Shown in pieces: positions 1 through 15,200 of a stretch of DNA of 64,000 nt; position 1 is the first letter of the stretch, and every line of letters starts with the position of its first letter. The position numbers and the translations under genes are program-made. The DNA comes from Magallana gigas (taxonomy: Eukaryota). Under the pieces are notes generated by a model that saw nothing but the letters and a program-made list of their open reading frames with translations, had not been told where the DNA came from and made no database searches. The stretch is from assembly GCF_963853765.1 (NCBI RefSeq), contig NC_088854.1:39308001-39372000 (forward strand), given 5' to 3'.

Positions 1-974
1 GTGGATTTTCTACACTTTGCAACACTTTTGGCTTTGTTTGCAACCATTGCTATGGTGGTCATCAGTTTATGTACTCAACCCCGTACGGAAAAGCAGGTAC
101 ACTTTTAATCATATATTTTAGTATATACTACATGTCACCTCAGAAGTTAAGCTTCTTATTTACGCTGGAGTACCGATCTCCAGTTGTAATATCCATCGAA
201 ATTCGTGGGCATTTATTTTCGTGGATTTCATGAATAATACAATTTTAATGAACCGTAATTTGCGGACCATGATTCTGCAGCAATGATCCAAATCTAAAGA
301 ATAATTTATGCTCTTTTGTAGCTTCATCGATTGACATGGTGGACAAAGGATGATAAAGCAGAACCGGAACTGACTGACGACGAGGATGAAGAAGTTCATA
401 TGTCATTCCTTAAAAAAGGAGAAGAATTCGAAACTATGCAGATACAAGAGAATGGTCAAACAACTGAGCATGATGAAGGTAAGCTTTGTTTGTTAGGTTT
501 TGATGGTAACGCGATTTTGGATGAGGTGGTGTTGGCTATTTTCTTTGAATTTTGTGTGCATAATGGTTTTGATTTATAAAACACTTTATGATCCATTGTT
601 ATTATGTAATGACACAGTCGTGGCAACTTTTATATGAATTTTTGAAGATTCATAAAAAGAGTAAAACATTATGTTCTTTGTTTAAAAAAATATTTTAAAG
701 TTCAGTTGATATATATGCATTTCTGTCAATATATGTAGTTAAAAATCTTTTGAACTGTTTGTCAGCTGAAGAACAACGACTAAAGACTAAGTGTAAAAAC
801 TGGGTGTGTGGAATCGATGAGGATGCAAAGCAGGTAATGACAACACAGGAACTGAAGGAGCTCCGAAAAAAGATGACGTCATTAGAAGAAGATTCAAAGA
901 TGAAGAACATTCTGAATGTGTCTGCTGTTGTCATCTTTATCTTGACTATTGTTTTACTAGTTTACTTTGGTTAG
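1..974 (+). CDS. SLC5/SGLT-family Na+/solute symporter, tandem copy 1 (last three exons only; gene starts left of the window)
   Basis: Exons <1-96, 322-478, 766-974 have GT-AG ends. They have the same sizes (157 and 209 nt) and phases as exons 13-14 of copies 2 and 3. Peptides [13 protein letters not shown]..., [11 protein letters not shown]..., NWVCGIDED...LLVYFG*. Confidence 0.93.
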
Positions 975-3146
975 AATTTACGAAACCACATATTTGCGTT
1001 CCGTTTCGAAATAAAAAAGAGATTTTTTCAAAGACTTCACTAATGAAATTAGAGAAAATTGTTTTTTCACCTTGCCGGATGAGTAAATTGATCAAAATCT
1101 TTTATTGTGATTATTAAAATATCTACACATTTTTTACTTTTAAAAAATGCCAGTACAGTGTAAATACCAACTGTGATAGCATAACCCGACTTGCCCTCGA
1201 ATGTTTAACAGTAATTATAGAACAAATACATGTACGTACTGACCAGATTTGCACTATTAGACTGTACCGCTTATGGAAGCAGCAGCACACATAAGAAGAA
1301 CCTGTTCCATTTTACATTGACTTCACTATTGATACAGGCACGTAGCACGTTTTCTCGCAGCAACCATTTTTCTTCAAATTACATATGTTTGGAGTATGTA
1401 AATAATTGAAATGAAAATAAGGAAACTAAGAGTGAAATTAAAGTTATAGATACATAGATATACATGTACTACAGTAATAGATATACTACAGCCACAATAT
1501 CAATTTTCATATCAATTGATGACTAATATCACGGTTACTAGCCAAAGTGAAACAAAACTGTATTTCGACATTTAAATTATCTTACATGTTCTAATGAACA
1601 CGAATCTTTATTTTTATTTCAGCTATCCTACTGCCTCTTAATGTATATTCACTTATTAGTACCACAAAACATGTTTTAAAAATATATGTATTTCGACATT
1701 TAAATTTGGATCATATATTACCCTTTTTTGTATTTTAAATTTTGTTTATTTATAATTTATAATTTCCATGATCTCTGAAACAGAATGTTTGTTTTTTGTT
1801 TGATGCTTGATGATAATTAGATAAATGATATTATACTGATGCATGTGTAAATAAATATTTGAAAAGCCAAACTTTTATATTCCCTCGTTTTTCTATAACC
1901 GTATTGAACTTAGTAAACTGAACATTTTTTCATGAAATAGCATCTTAATTTTTTGATCATGTATGTAAATGAATATTATTCTTATCAAACTTTCAACTGA
2001 AATTCTTTTTACTAGAAGAACCATTTTTCAGAATGTTAGTAAGCTCTTTAACCGTATTAAGTCTAACACACTTCACTATAAGAAACAATTCAATTTATAA
2101 GGAAAGTCATCAAAAAAATGAGTAAGGTTCATTGGCCTTTTAAATTAAAAAAAAATTTACATTAAATGTCCGATAAGTAAATAAAGGTGGCATTTACACC
2201 TTAAATATAAACCTGTATGAAGTAAATAAACCCCCATAGTACTCAGAAATGAAGATACGTTATACATTGTAAATTTGAAAAAGGTTCACATTTTTAACAA
2301 TACAAAATGTAAAATTAATGCAAAACAATTTTCATCCCAAATTTCAAATATGATACATATCTCGCATATAAATTTATGATATAATTACTATTACTAAATG
2401 TTATAATGAAATTAAAACACATATAAAACATACGTACCTGTTTTAGGTTATTTTTACATAGACGTACAATCTATATTCTATAGTTGACTACTCTAATTTC
2501 AAATCGCCTGCATTGGTTATTGGTATTTAAAAATAAAGACAACTTTAATTTTATAAAGAAATTTAAGTTTCACATTTAAATGTCACATGTAGAATTTCAT
2601 ATATCTCAATAAACCAATAAGTTACTGTTATCTCCGTTTCCAGTTGTCAGTGTTGCCCAAACCATACATGCACATTCTAGTACTGTAGGAAAAAAGTTAT
2701 AATTTAAAGTTTGTTCATATCTGACTTTGCTGATTCATTGGCATCATTAAACTACAAACATTTTACGGATATTGGCTAAGACAGTGAAAGTTTAACCTAT
2801 TGTTGTTTTCTTCCCAGAATTAAATCCTATAACGATATCTCTCATATTATAATAAAAATCATGTTTGCATATTTTATGGTCAAATAATAAGAAACAAATC
2901 AGTAGCTTTTTAGTGGGGGAGTGTCTTTTACAACTCCATTCCTCAAAAGCAATGGGCCTTGGCGACCTTAGGCCTTCAGCCCCATTTATTTAAAGCGATG
3001 GAGAGATACTCGGACATAAATCCTTGCATAATGTTTTTACGATATATAGAATGTTTACAAACCTTCTGATAAATCTACCTGAGAATTTAAGCTTGACCTA
3101 GGTTGAGTGAACGAGGTTCGAACTAGAATATCCGTATCTAGGCATT

Positions 3147-6100
3147 ATGGCAGAAAACCTTTTCCTGGAGGATTACATAACACTTGGCGTATACTTTTGC
3201 ATTGTGCTGGCTGTTGGATTATGGGTATTGTAGCACAAAATATTTTTGCATGCTTTTCAAATATTATTAAATGTATTTTTCATACCATGCTATATATATC
3301 CTATCTTAAATTGTATCTTATCTAAATCAGTAGTGCAGTAGTCGAAGTTTTGAACAAACAATTTTAAATAATTTTATCTTCAATTCAGTCGACTTTCAGA
3401 CCTAACAAAGGCAATGCAAAGGGCTACTTTCTGGCGGGAAAGAACATGCACTGGATACCTGTGAGTTGAAAGCGAATTCATCAACAATAAAAGTGAACAT
3501 GTGTTCAGTCATGTAGAAATTTTAAATCAATGACCCTTAACCAAATGTTAAATACGAAAGTAAAAACTAGGAGGCAAAAACGTGTTATACAAATGTACAG
3601 AGACAGCAATAAACTGCATGGATTTTATTACAGGCTCTATTTTAATGATTTTTTAACGTACAACCACGTTAATGCTTAACATTAATCAAAATATTACAAA
3701 GTTGGCAAATGTTTTGATTCTCGTTCCACATAATAATCTGAATGTTGCTAGTCGATAATCACATCGTAAAGCAAATTGTTTGCTTTTTAGAAACTACCTC
3801 AGCTTATTCGATGCTTGTATTGAAAAATGAAAATATGATTGAGTTTATTCTATCGATAAGATTTTTTACAATTTTTCACAGATTGTTTAGAATTACGCAT
3901 TACATTTTCTGCAGATTGGTGCCTCAATATATGCAAGTAACATAGGAGCCCCTATGTTCATTGGTTTGGCTGGTACAGCTGCAGGGTCTGGAATAGCTGT
4001 CACTATATATGAATGGCATGTAAGAATATAAGATATACAGTGCATGTCATGTTTTTTCGTTGTAAAAGCGTTTCATAATATGTTTAATTTATTAACTATA
4101 AGATTTTAAGGGGCGGAGGATTGCTTCAATTGATAAAAATTATGAAACAACTAAAATCAAAGCTAACGCTCAGTTATAGTTTCCCCTATAGATGATTTCC
4201 CATAACTCAAAAATAAAACTGTTCATCATTTACAATAAAGTGAAGCATAACATATGTTAACATTTATATGTTTATTTCTTTAAAGGCAGTATTTTTCATT
4301 ATTTTACTTGGCTGGGTTTTTCTCCCTGTTTACGTTGCATGTGGGGTAAGTGAACAAAACTCACTGTTTGACGGCTCCTTTAGTCATTGAATTTGTCCAT
4401 ATCGGTATTCTTATAAGAATGACACAATTCATTCTTTATAAAGGCTTACACCATACCTGAATGGGTGAAGAAGCGATTTGGAGGACGTCGACTGCGCATG
4501 TACGTGTCCTTTCTCGCTCTACTTGGCTACATCCTCTTTAATGTGTCTGTAAGTTTTCGTTGATTTCTAACATTGTGAAAGCACAACGAATGGTGTTAGT
4601 TTACTTTAAAGCAAAGATCTTTGTTGTCATTATCATAAATCAAATTCGTAATTTAAGTTTAAGAAGGATGTCACTGTTTTCAGGATCTATACCTTAAAGA
4701 TGTCAAAAACTATCAGAAATTATGCCTTCTTTTGTAGACACATTTGCAATTGGATATCGACGGTCAAATTACTTAGTTTTTGTACTGGAGCATTTTACAC
4801 GCATTTTACACGCTATTTTAACTAATAAAAATTCTAGGGTGAAATCTATACAGGAGCAATCTTCCTACAACAAATGCTGGAATGGAATATATACTTATGT
4901 GTCAGCATAATTCTTGGAGTCACTGCTGTATATACAACAGTTGGTATGTATGATTATGTAAACTGCAAGAAAGATAACAAAGCTCAAACCCAGTATGTGC
5001 ATATTGACACAGTAACTTTTAGCCTTTTTTTAACTGTATTTTGTACTTTGAGGGATCTTAAAACTGATTGACGACTGGTTAATGTTAGATATACCTATTT
5101 TAACTTTTGCTCTTTCAGGTGGTCTGGCGTCCGTTATCTATACAGACACCTTGCAGGCCGTGGTACTCATTATTGGTGCAACTATACTGTTCTTTTTGTG
5201 TTAGTTGAGAACATGTACCCACGTTTCTTACAGAGAGAATTACTAGTATTTCTAATATTAATAATAAGTAGTATGCTTATAGGTAGTATATCAAGATATG
5301 ATAATGACGATGATGGCGATTGTTAAAGTTATTCGTGAAAGTAATTCATATATTAATCTCTTTGCATTCATTTCAATTTCTTCTTCCGATATTTTGTCCT
5401 CTTTTAGCGATAATAGAAGTAGGAGGATACGACGCCATGGAGACAAAGTTTATGAATGCCATGTCGAATGAGACCAGGTACAATCGTTCTCACTATTCCT
5501 GTGGGGTGCCTCCGGCAGATTCGCTCCGCATGTACAGAGATGCTGTCACAGGGGACATTCCCTGGCCAGGGGCAATACTTGGGCTTTCTACCTTGGGTCT
5601 CTACACATGGGACCAGGATCAGGTAATATTTAGTAATCTGGGTGCAAGAACATTTATGAATCCTATTACAAGACTTTAATGAAAAGACATTTTTATGCAT
5701 TTTATTAAATGAAAATGCTATGAAAAAGATAATGGTTTTTTTCGTCTGTATATAACGGTTTGTAATATTCCAAATTACATAAGTAGCAATAATCTGAGTA
5801 AATTTTTAAATTAAGTTGTGAAAGCTTGTACTTTCTTACATTACGAACATAAAATAGATAATCGTTCAACGAACACTCTCTGCTCGAAATATGGTACATG
5901 CTAAGGCAGGGACACTGCTGGGAGCTGTGTTGAAATTGACGGGGTTTCTGTTGTTCGTAATTCCTGGGATGATCAGTCGTATTCTTTACACAGGTGTCTA
6001 ATTTTCTTTCTATCTCCTTATCTCTGTCTCCTTTTCTCTTATGCACATAAAGTACATATGAAAATATTATCGAAGTAAATAATATTCTTCATTCTCTGTA

Positions 6101-8365
6101 CTACAGAGGAGGTGGCATGTTCTGATCCAGATAAATGCATGGCGTTCTGCAACAACAAAAGCGGATGTACCAACATAGCTTATCCGCTAATGGTTCTTCG
6201 ATTGCTTCCGAAAGGTTTAAATTGTTTAATACAAATAAAAAAACCAGAGGCTCTTGATTTACAATTTAAAGCTTTTGTTACAGCACTAAACATGTACGAT
6301 TTTCACATACATTATTTAGCATACATATTTCAGTATTCTATTTTATGGACAGGCCTCCGTGGTCTGATGTTAGCTGCTTTGTTGGCTGCATTGATGAGCT
6401 CCTTGACCTCCATCTTGAATAGTGCGAGCTCCATCATGACCCTGGACATCTGGCACCAGTTCCGCAAAAAAGCGTCTCAGTCGGAGCTGATGATCGTGGG
6501 ACGAGTTACTGTTCTTGTCCTTATAGCCCTCAGTATACTGTGGCTGCCCATTCTACAGCAGACACAGGGTGGACGGTTCTGGTTCTATATGCAATCCGTA
6601 AAGTCCTATCTCATCCCTCCACTTTGTATGATGTTTCTCTTAGGGTTATTTTGGAACAGAACGACAGAGCAGGTGATTGGAAATTATTGACATTATATTT
6701 CAATTATCTTGAAGTAATGTTCGATAGTTTTTTCTAAATATACTATGAGACTACATGTAGTTTGTTTTATAGGGCGTGTTTTGGGGACTAATGCTGAGCA
6801 CCATAGTGGGTGTTGTACGCATGGCTCTAGATTTTACTTTTCTTGCACCTCCATGTGGCAGTAACGAAGTTGACACCAGACCAGAAATCATATCCAAAGT
6901 GGATTTTCTACACTTTGCAATAATTTTGGCTTTGATTTCAACCATAGTTATGGTGGTCATCAGTTTATTTACTCAGCCCCGTCCAGAAAAGAAGGTACCT
7001 ACTGATTAGACATACAACTGTATGAACAAAATTTGTAGATTTTTCATTCTGTTACCGTGTAATATAAATGATTGATTTATCAAAAAGGTTTTTTGGAAGG
7101 GGGAGGGGGCAAAACGGCAGGAAAATCTGGCTTTCAATTAAAGAATATAAAACACAAGGAAATGCATTAATAAACAATCGTTAATCTTAAACATGGTTTG
7201 TATTAAAGTAACTTTAACATGAAGCACCTTTACTTACAGACAACCCTTATGAATAGTCTAGATACAACAGATAATCAAATACCACGTCATTTTCTATTAA
7301 CAGTTTTTATTTGCTCTCCACTATGTTGGGGTATGAGTCCGTTTACTTAAGTCCTTCTTTCTATCAATGTTTGCAATATTCATAGAGCTTATTGTTTCGC
7401 GTTTTAGTTTTTAGTTTAAAAGGTGGTCTTAAAAGTGTAATCTTCTCTCCTTTTTTCCTTTTTTTGGGGGGAGGCTTTTACTTTGTAGGTTGTCATAACA
7501 TTAAATTTATACCCCTCCAATTACTATGAGTTCTTATATCTTGTACTAATATTTACCTTTTCTATCAACTGATATTAAAGTATAAAAAAATCCATCATGG
7601 CTGAATCCGTTTTGACCCTAAATTTCATATGACCTTAACTTTACAACGAAGAGTTTGAAGTCAAAACTGGTTAAGCACCAGATAGATATCTCACTGGAGA
7701 CTCCTCTGTAGCTTCACCGATTGACATGGTGGACAAGGAATGATGAAGCGGAACCGGAACTGACTGATAATGAGGATGAAGAAGTTCATACTTCATTCAT
7801 AAAAAGGGGAGAAGATCCTAAAACCATGCAGATACAGGAAAATGATCAAACAAATGGAAATGAAAAAAGTAAGCTTTTATGATAATTATAACGTTTTTGT
7901 GACCACATGGTCGAACAGAAGGGATGAGACGGGCTTATTGTCATTTTTTCTACAGTTCTAGGGGTGTTGATGAAACACTCTATGATAAACATTGTATGAG
8001 GTGTCTGTATAGACTGTTACCAGCTATCTTTGAATGAATTTAAAAGTTTTGAAAATAGTTCCAAGACCATAACGATTTGCTAAACGCAACATTTTGGAAT
8101 CCAATACTGTAACATATTTCAACTAATAGTTCTTTATCCTTGAAATTGTTTGTTAGCTGGATTTGAACGACTTAAGACTTCGTTTAAAAACTGGGTGTGT
8201 GGAATTGACGAGGATGCAAAGCAGACACTGACAGCTCAGGAACTACAAGAACTCCGGAGAAGGATGACGTCACTAGAGGAATCCTCAAAGATGAAGATCA
8301 TTTTAAATGTGTCTGCTATTTTCATCACCATTTTGACTATTGTTTTATTGGTTTATTTCGCGTAA
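3147..8365 (+). CDS. SLC5/SGLT-family Na+/solute symporter, tandem copy 2 (complete, 14 exons, 657 aa)
   Basis: Exons 3147-3224, 3389-3460, 3915-4019, 4286-4345, 4444-4548, 4838-4943, 5119-5199, 5408-5622, 5858-5993, 6107-6214, 6353-6672, 6773-6994, 7712-7868, 8157-8365 total 1974 nt in one open frame, all GT-AG. SSF motifs [74 protein letters not shown]. Confidence 0.96.
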
Positions 8366-9971
8366 AATGCAGGTATTAAAGTTTTTACTGCGTATTTGAA
8401 AGCTAATTTTGCAAAAATGTATTTATATTTAACATTTTTCTTAGCATGTACGGTATACACCGTTTTTTTTGGGATTTTACTTGGATAGCTGAGTCGATTT
8501 ATTTTGGGCTTTAGTTGAGCAATAGTAGATCACTTTTTTATTCAGTGTACGTTCTTGTCAAACAAAACAATGCCTCTGTTGCATACAATGTATATTTTAA
8601 TAAAAGAAAATATGTACGTACTAATTTAGTGTTCATTGTTTTGTTATTAATTATATCGTAATATCCGTATACAAATCGTTGACCTGTGCCTAATCAACAA
8701 GTGATTTTTATTTTTTTTTTAAAAATGTCTTCTCGATTATATTGATTCTTTTGTGCTAATCTGTTAATCGATCTTCAAAATGTTAAAAGATCTCTTGCAC
8801 CAATACAATATGCGCTTAAAAACACATCAGAGACATCAGTATCTTGAACAGACACTAACTTGCGGAGCACAAAAGCCGAGAAAATGAAGAAAGTTTTTAT
8901 TTATTCGAAGACAACACAACAGCCGTATCTTCATTTAGATATGATTATCATTTTAAGAAGCATTTGTACCTATGGCCCTTTCCTCACATTGTGCTGCAAA
9001 TTGTTGAACAATTTTTTTGCAGCGTGGTCGACATGCAAATGATCATCAATTCAAAATTTCCCTATTTAAATAATAACAATGAACCCGTTCAATTTTCACA
9101 TATAATTATTTGAAAACACTGATATGTTAAAAAATAAATCAGATGTTACATAGATTTAAAAACATGTGGTTTGCTTAGAAAATTTAGTTAATGATCAGTA
9201 ATAGCAAACATCGGTCAATAACTGATTACTTTCTGACATCCTTTTCTTTAATGCAGAAAATCACATCAACTGAAATAGCTTGACAACATTTATTTATAAT
9301 TTACCTTTTTGACTCCATGAGCTATTTTTAAAAACAAACTTAAAAAGACGAATAAGGTGCATAATCAATAAAGTATAATGCATATGAAAAAACAGAAATA
9401 AGTGTGAGTTGGCCTCGGATTTCTTTTAACTCTCAGTAGATAAAGGGTGGATATCTATGCACCATGTGCCTTTGAATTTTCTTGTTAAAATATTCCAAAT
9501 AGTTATATAGAAAATTAATAAAAATCAAAACACAAAAAACTGAAGACTAACAGATGGTTATTTATTTCAGTGATCGGTATCCATCTTACCAGAGGGCCAT
9601 CATATCTAAAACGATATATCCTGTAAAATATTGATTAAAATCACAATGGTCAAAAACCTTTCATATCATTAACTATGCAATGTTTTAATGACATTTTTGG
9701 TTTTTGCTGAGGTCAATCGTTAATATGAAAGTCAAACAGATCTATAAATATATATTGGTTGAGAAGAAGGAGCAAAAGTTGATAAAACGATCACATACGT
9801 ACGAACAATAAATTTATCTGTGAAAAATAAAGGCAGACGACTACAGCACTATGTATATATCAACAGACGACATCGCGTTAACGCAGTGTCATTTACCTGA
9901 GATTTTAGGCATGACCTCCGGTTGAATGCGAAACGTTCATATTGAAACTAGAAATTTTACAGTTAGCTACT

Positions 9972-12262
9972 ATGGCAGAAAACTTATTCTTGGAAGACTA
10001 TATCACCCTTGGTGTTTATTTTTGCATTGTTCTGGCTGTTGGATTGTGGGTATTGTTTTAGCTTGCCTTTTAGATATAAAAATTGTTTTTATCTTTATGC
10101 TACGGTGCTTCTGATTTCAAGTTTATCTCACTAAAATAATGATATATTAGTCGTTCTTTTGACTTAACAGTGCACATATTCATGTTTTATTCAATCTTCA
10201 ATCCAGTCGACGTTCAGACCAAACAAAGGCAATGCGAAGGGCTACTTTTTGGCGGGAAAAGACATGCACTGGATACCTGTGAGTTTTACAACGAACCTAA
10301 ATTCAGCAACTAAAGAACCGTGTTCAGTCATGTAGAAATTTGAAATTCATGACCCTTAACTAGTGGTAACAGGTTTAATGCAAAAAAAATAAAACCCTAA
10401 AGGGAATGCTAATGTGTTTATACAGTATTACATTACTGATTTTGAATACGCGTTATTTTTGATAATGTTCCGACCCCGTCTTTTAACCAGTGCTTGCATA
10501 GAAATCACCTTAATTTATAACGTGGAAATTGCAGGCATTTTTAAAAATGTTTAAGCATTTGTTTAACGGTTGCATTTAAAATTATAAAGATGCCTTTGTT
10601 GTTTGTATACATGTATTTACCTATTTATACTATTGATAAAAAATATTACAGTATCAAGCGATTCTTTTCTCTCCAGATTGGTGCCTCAATATATGCTAGT
10701 AACATAGGAGCCCCTATGTTCATTGGTTTGGCTGGTACAGCTGCAGGGTCTGGAATAGCTGTCACTATATATGAATGGCATGTAAGGCTATAAAATGTAT
10801 ATAGTATGTATATGTAATTAATGTGTAACAATTTTAAATGAATTTTTTTTAAAATACTGTTTTTGCAATGTATGGCATAATGTTATAAATATTAGATTGT
10901 TAATATATCTTTAGAGAAAGGTACTCTCACAAAAAACTATTATTATTTTTCATGTTTGTGATTAGAAAACCTTTTTTAAAAGATATTTTGAATTTTAGTG
11001 CGAGTTAGATTTCACTTAAATTTTATTTCATGACGAAAATTTCACTGTTTACATAAAAAAAAATTTTTGACTTTTTATTTTCGGATGAAGTGTGGAAGAC
11101 GCAAAATATATGTTTTTCTTTATAGGCGGTGTTTTTCCTGATTTTACTGGGTTGGGTATTTCTTCCCGTGTATGTTGCATGTGGGGTAAGTGAATATATT
11201 ACATGTATATCATCTTTAGCATATTAAACAATCGATTTGTTCACATCGTTTTTTTAAATGACGCAATTCATTCTTTATAAAGGCCTACACCATACCTGAA
11301 TGGGTGAAGAAGCGATTCGGAGGACGTCGACTGCGCATGTACGTGTCCTTTCTCGCTCTACTTGGCTACATCCTCTTTAATGTCTCTGTAAGTTACCGGT
11401 ATATTAAAATGTTTATATTGCATAGAGCGTTTTTTAGTTGTTTTTTGGTCAGAAAACGAGGACACCGCGTGGATGATTCCGTCATCATCTCATGCCAACG
11501 TTTATTGAACAATCAAATCTATTTATATGTAACCAAACAACTGTGACAAGACAGGTGGACCTGGAAAAAAAGCTTTTAAGAATACATATATTGAGTTCAC
11601 TCATTACTAGCTGCTTTAAAACTTTTAAAGGCGTTCTGTTTTGCATGACCCCAATATGCTTACAATCTTCTGCACATGTATACATCTTTCGCTGGAACAG
11701 AAAAATGATATGTACTCGTATCAAAGCTTTCATCTTAACTTACACTTTTGTAGGGTGAAATCTATACAGGAGCAATTTTTCTACAACAAATGCTGGAATG
11801 GAATATCTATTTGTGTGTCAGCATAATACTTGGAATCACTGCTCTATATACCACAGTTGGTAGGTACATGTTGGATTATGTAAAGTGCATCAAAGATAAC
11901 GGAAGCTTTAACCTGTAGTGTTTATATACATAGCAATGCCCAAGGGTTTTTCACTGCGCGATATATGCTCTTGCATGTGTTTTAACTGATCAATGACCTA
12001 TTTAATGTGTCAAATATACCTATGTCTTTTTTACTTTACTTTCAGGTGGTCTGGCCTCTGTAATCTACACAGATACCTTGCAAACCGTGGTACTCATCAT
12101 TGGTGCAACCATACTCTTCTTCATGTGTTAGTAAATTACATATTCTCATATTTCATATTACTGGGTAACGAATATGATAACGATACTTAAGAGTCATCTA
12201 ATAATATGTTATTGATAATGGTCATATATGATGATGGTTCCAATGAGGATGAAGCAAAGTAA

Positions 12263-12298
<36 letters not shown>

Positions 12299-15200
12299 AT
12301 GTTTTTTTTTATTCCACATTTTAATAACTTTAATTTTAACTTATTTTAGCTATTATAGAGGTAGGAGGATACGAGGCCATGGAAACAAAATTTATGAATG
12401 CCATATCAAATGAGACCAGATACAATCGCTCTCACTATTCCTGTGGGGTGCCTCCAGCAGATTCGCTCCATATTTTTAGAGATGCTGTCACAGGGGACAT
12501 TCCCTGGCCTGGTGCTTTACTCGGCCTTTCTACCCTGGGTCTCTACACATGGGACCAGGATCAGGTAATATTTATTAGCGTTTCCGATTTAAACAATTGT
12601 TTTAAAAAAAAATCTACAATCTTGCCTGTTGTATGAACTAAACTATATGGACTTAATGGCTACACGTAGCATTAATCAAATCAAGCTTTTATGTACGAAT
12701 GTGTCTTCTTTTGTGCGTTACTTTTGTCTTTAATGTCATTATACAATAGATAATCGTTCAGCGAACACTATCTGCTCGAAATATGGTACACGCAAAGGCA
12801 GGGGCGCTGCTTGGAGCGGCGCTAAAATTAACGGGGTTCCTGATGTTCGTAATTCCCGGAATGAACAGTCGGATTCTCTACACAGGTTTCTACTTTTCTC
12901 TGCCTATCTGTCTCATTCACTCTTTCTCTTTTCATCTTACACATATGATCATATAAAAGCCTTATAAAATAAGTTATCGAACTGCATTGTACCTGATTTC
13001 CACGCTCAGTCATATCGTTTTACTTTTTCTTTATATTACAGAGGAGGTGGCATGTTCTGATCCAGATAAATGCATGGCGTTTTGCAACAACAAAAGTGGA
13101 TGTACCAACATAGCTTATCCGCTCATGGTTCTACGTTTACTGCCAAAAGGTTCATGTAATTCCTTAACAAAAACACGTGTAAACTTATTTTTAGACTTTT
13201 ATAAGCTGCTGCCCCCCCCCCCCCTACGACCTATAGCGCCAATGTATGACACGTGACAACGCAAAAATAGGGCACAAAAGATGCAAATGCATTAACTGAA
13301 GAATAAACATCTTAGTATGCTGTTAAACATTACCATACTATAATTTTTTTAAGAGAAGCTATACATAAGTTTACGAGCCTTGTGTTAGCATTGACAATTT
13401 CCGATCATTAATTTAATCAATAAATGTGTTTCATTATTGTTTTTGTAAGTCATGAGGGTATAAAGGTATCATTCATAGCAGAGAAAAAACATTGTGTTTT
13501 TTCTACTACATGAATGTTTGCTACCTGTATAGCCCAAATCAACAACCAAAAGATAGTGTTTTTTCTTTTTAATTCACGTCTTTCATGTAAGTTCTGATCA
13601 ATCTAGAACAAATTACATGGAAAGAAACCCCGATTTTTACCGTAATTAGAATTAACTACAACTATTTAGAAGAAGTCCGTTGTCAGTCCCTACATATATT
13701 GTTTCAATGGATAAAAAAAATCACACATTGTGACCTGAAAAATATAAAATCACATGTAACAATTAATATTTATAAGAAATGCAAACCTTTTGGGTTTAAC
13801 ACTACTCATAGTAGAATTAATGGATTTGTAGAGGGTGTCAAATACAGGTATGTCTCCTATCTCTTCTTAGACTAGTTCTTTGCATAATACTTACTTATTA
13901 TTTTTTATGACAGGCCTCCGTGGTCTGATGTTGGCGGCTTTGTTGGCTGCATTGATGAGCTCCTTGACCTCCATCTTGAATAGTGCAAGCTCCATCATGA
14001 CCCTGGACATCTGGCACCAGTTCCGCAAAAAAGCGTCTCAGTCGGAGCTGATGATCGTGGGACGAGTTACTGTTCTTGTCCTTATTGCCCTCAGTATACT
14101 GTGGCTGCCCATTCTACAGCAGACACAGGGTGGACGGTTCTGGTTCTATATGCAATCCGTAAAGTCCTATCTCATCCCTCCACTTTGTATGATGTTTCTT
14201 TTGGGGTTATTTTGGAAGCGAACAACAGAACAGGTAAAATTGTATGCTCGTGATAGATATTCTGAAAGTGTGTTTGGGACAAAGGAAGGAGGGGTGGGCT
14301 CACAATGATTATACTAATCATAGGCGTCGGAACCGGGGGGGGGGGGGGGGGGGGGGGGGCTAGGGGGGGGCTTAGCCCCCCCCCCCCCCACTTTGTTTTG
14401 CAAAGGAGGACCTAACCATTAGGCACATAGCATCAGAGAGGGTTCAGCCCCCCCCCCACTTTTTGTCTCAGGAAACATAAATGTACCTTGAAAAGATTGA
14501 AATATTGAGAAGTTGGGAGTCATAGGTAAACCTATGCCCCCCTCCCCCCCCCCCCCCCACACACACACACACACGGATAAGGATTTTCACGATTTTGGGA
14601 ATAAGGTTTTTTTTTTTGCTTGTTAAGATTTCTGAGGATTAGTCCAGTCCCCCCCCCCACTTTCAATTTGCTTCCGACGCCACTGCTAATAATCTCAATT
14701 TCAAGTCTTAGCAATTTGAGCTTTTTTCCAAACTTTCTTTTTCGATGTTATGATAATTCTTCATGTAATTTTAATGTTTTATGATAGATAAGTTTAAAGC
14801 AAATGAATAATTTATTTTCGAACAAATATTTTACAAACGTGGTCTATACAAGACAACAGTACTGTAATTTTGCGCAGACTCTCAATAGCTTTTCTTACAA
14901 AAATGTAACTAACAAAAATTTATAACATACAAAATTTATTTTGGTCATGTAAGTAGTATATATTACAGTTCTGCAATAAAATTCCAAAAAAAAATAAATT
15001 AAGCTCATATTGCTTCAACAAGCTGTCAATGTAATGCACTATTGTACAATGTTTTTCATAGGGCGTGTTTTGGGGACTGATGCTGAGTATTGTGGTGGGA
15101 TTTGTACGCATGGTTCTAGATTTTACTTTTCTCGCACCTGCGTGTGGCAGTAACGAAGTGGACCCAAGACCAGAAATCATTTCCAAAGTGGATTTTCTAC

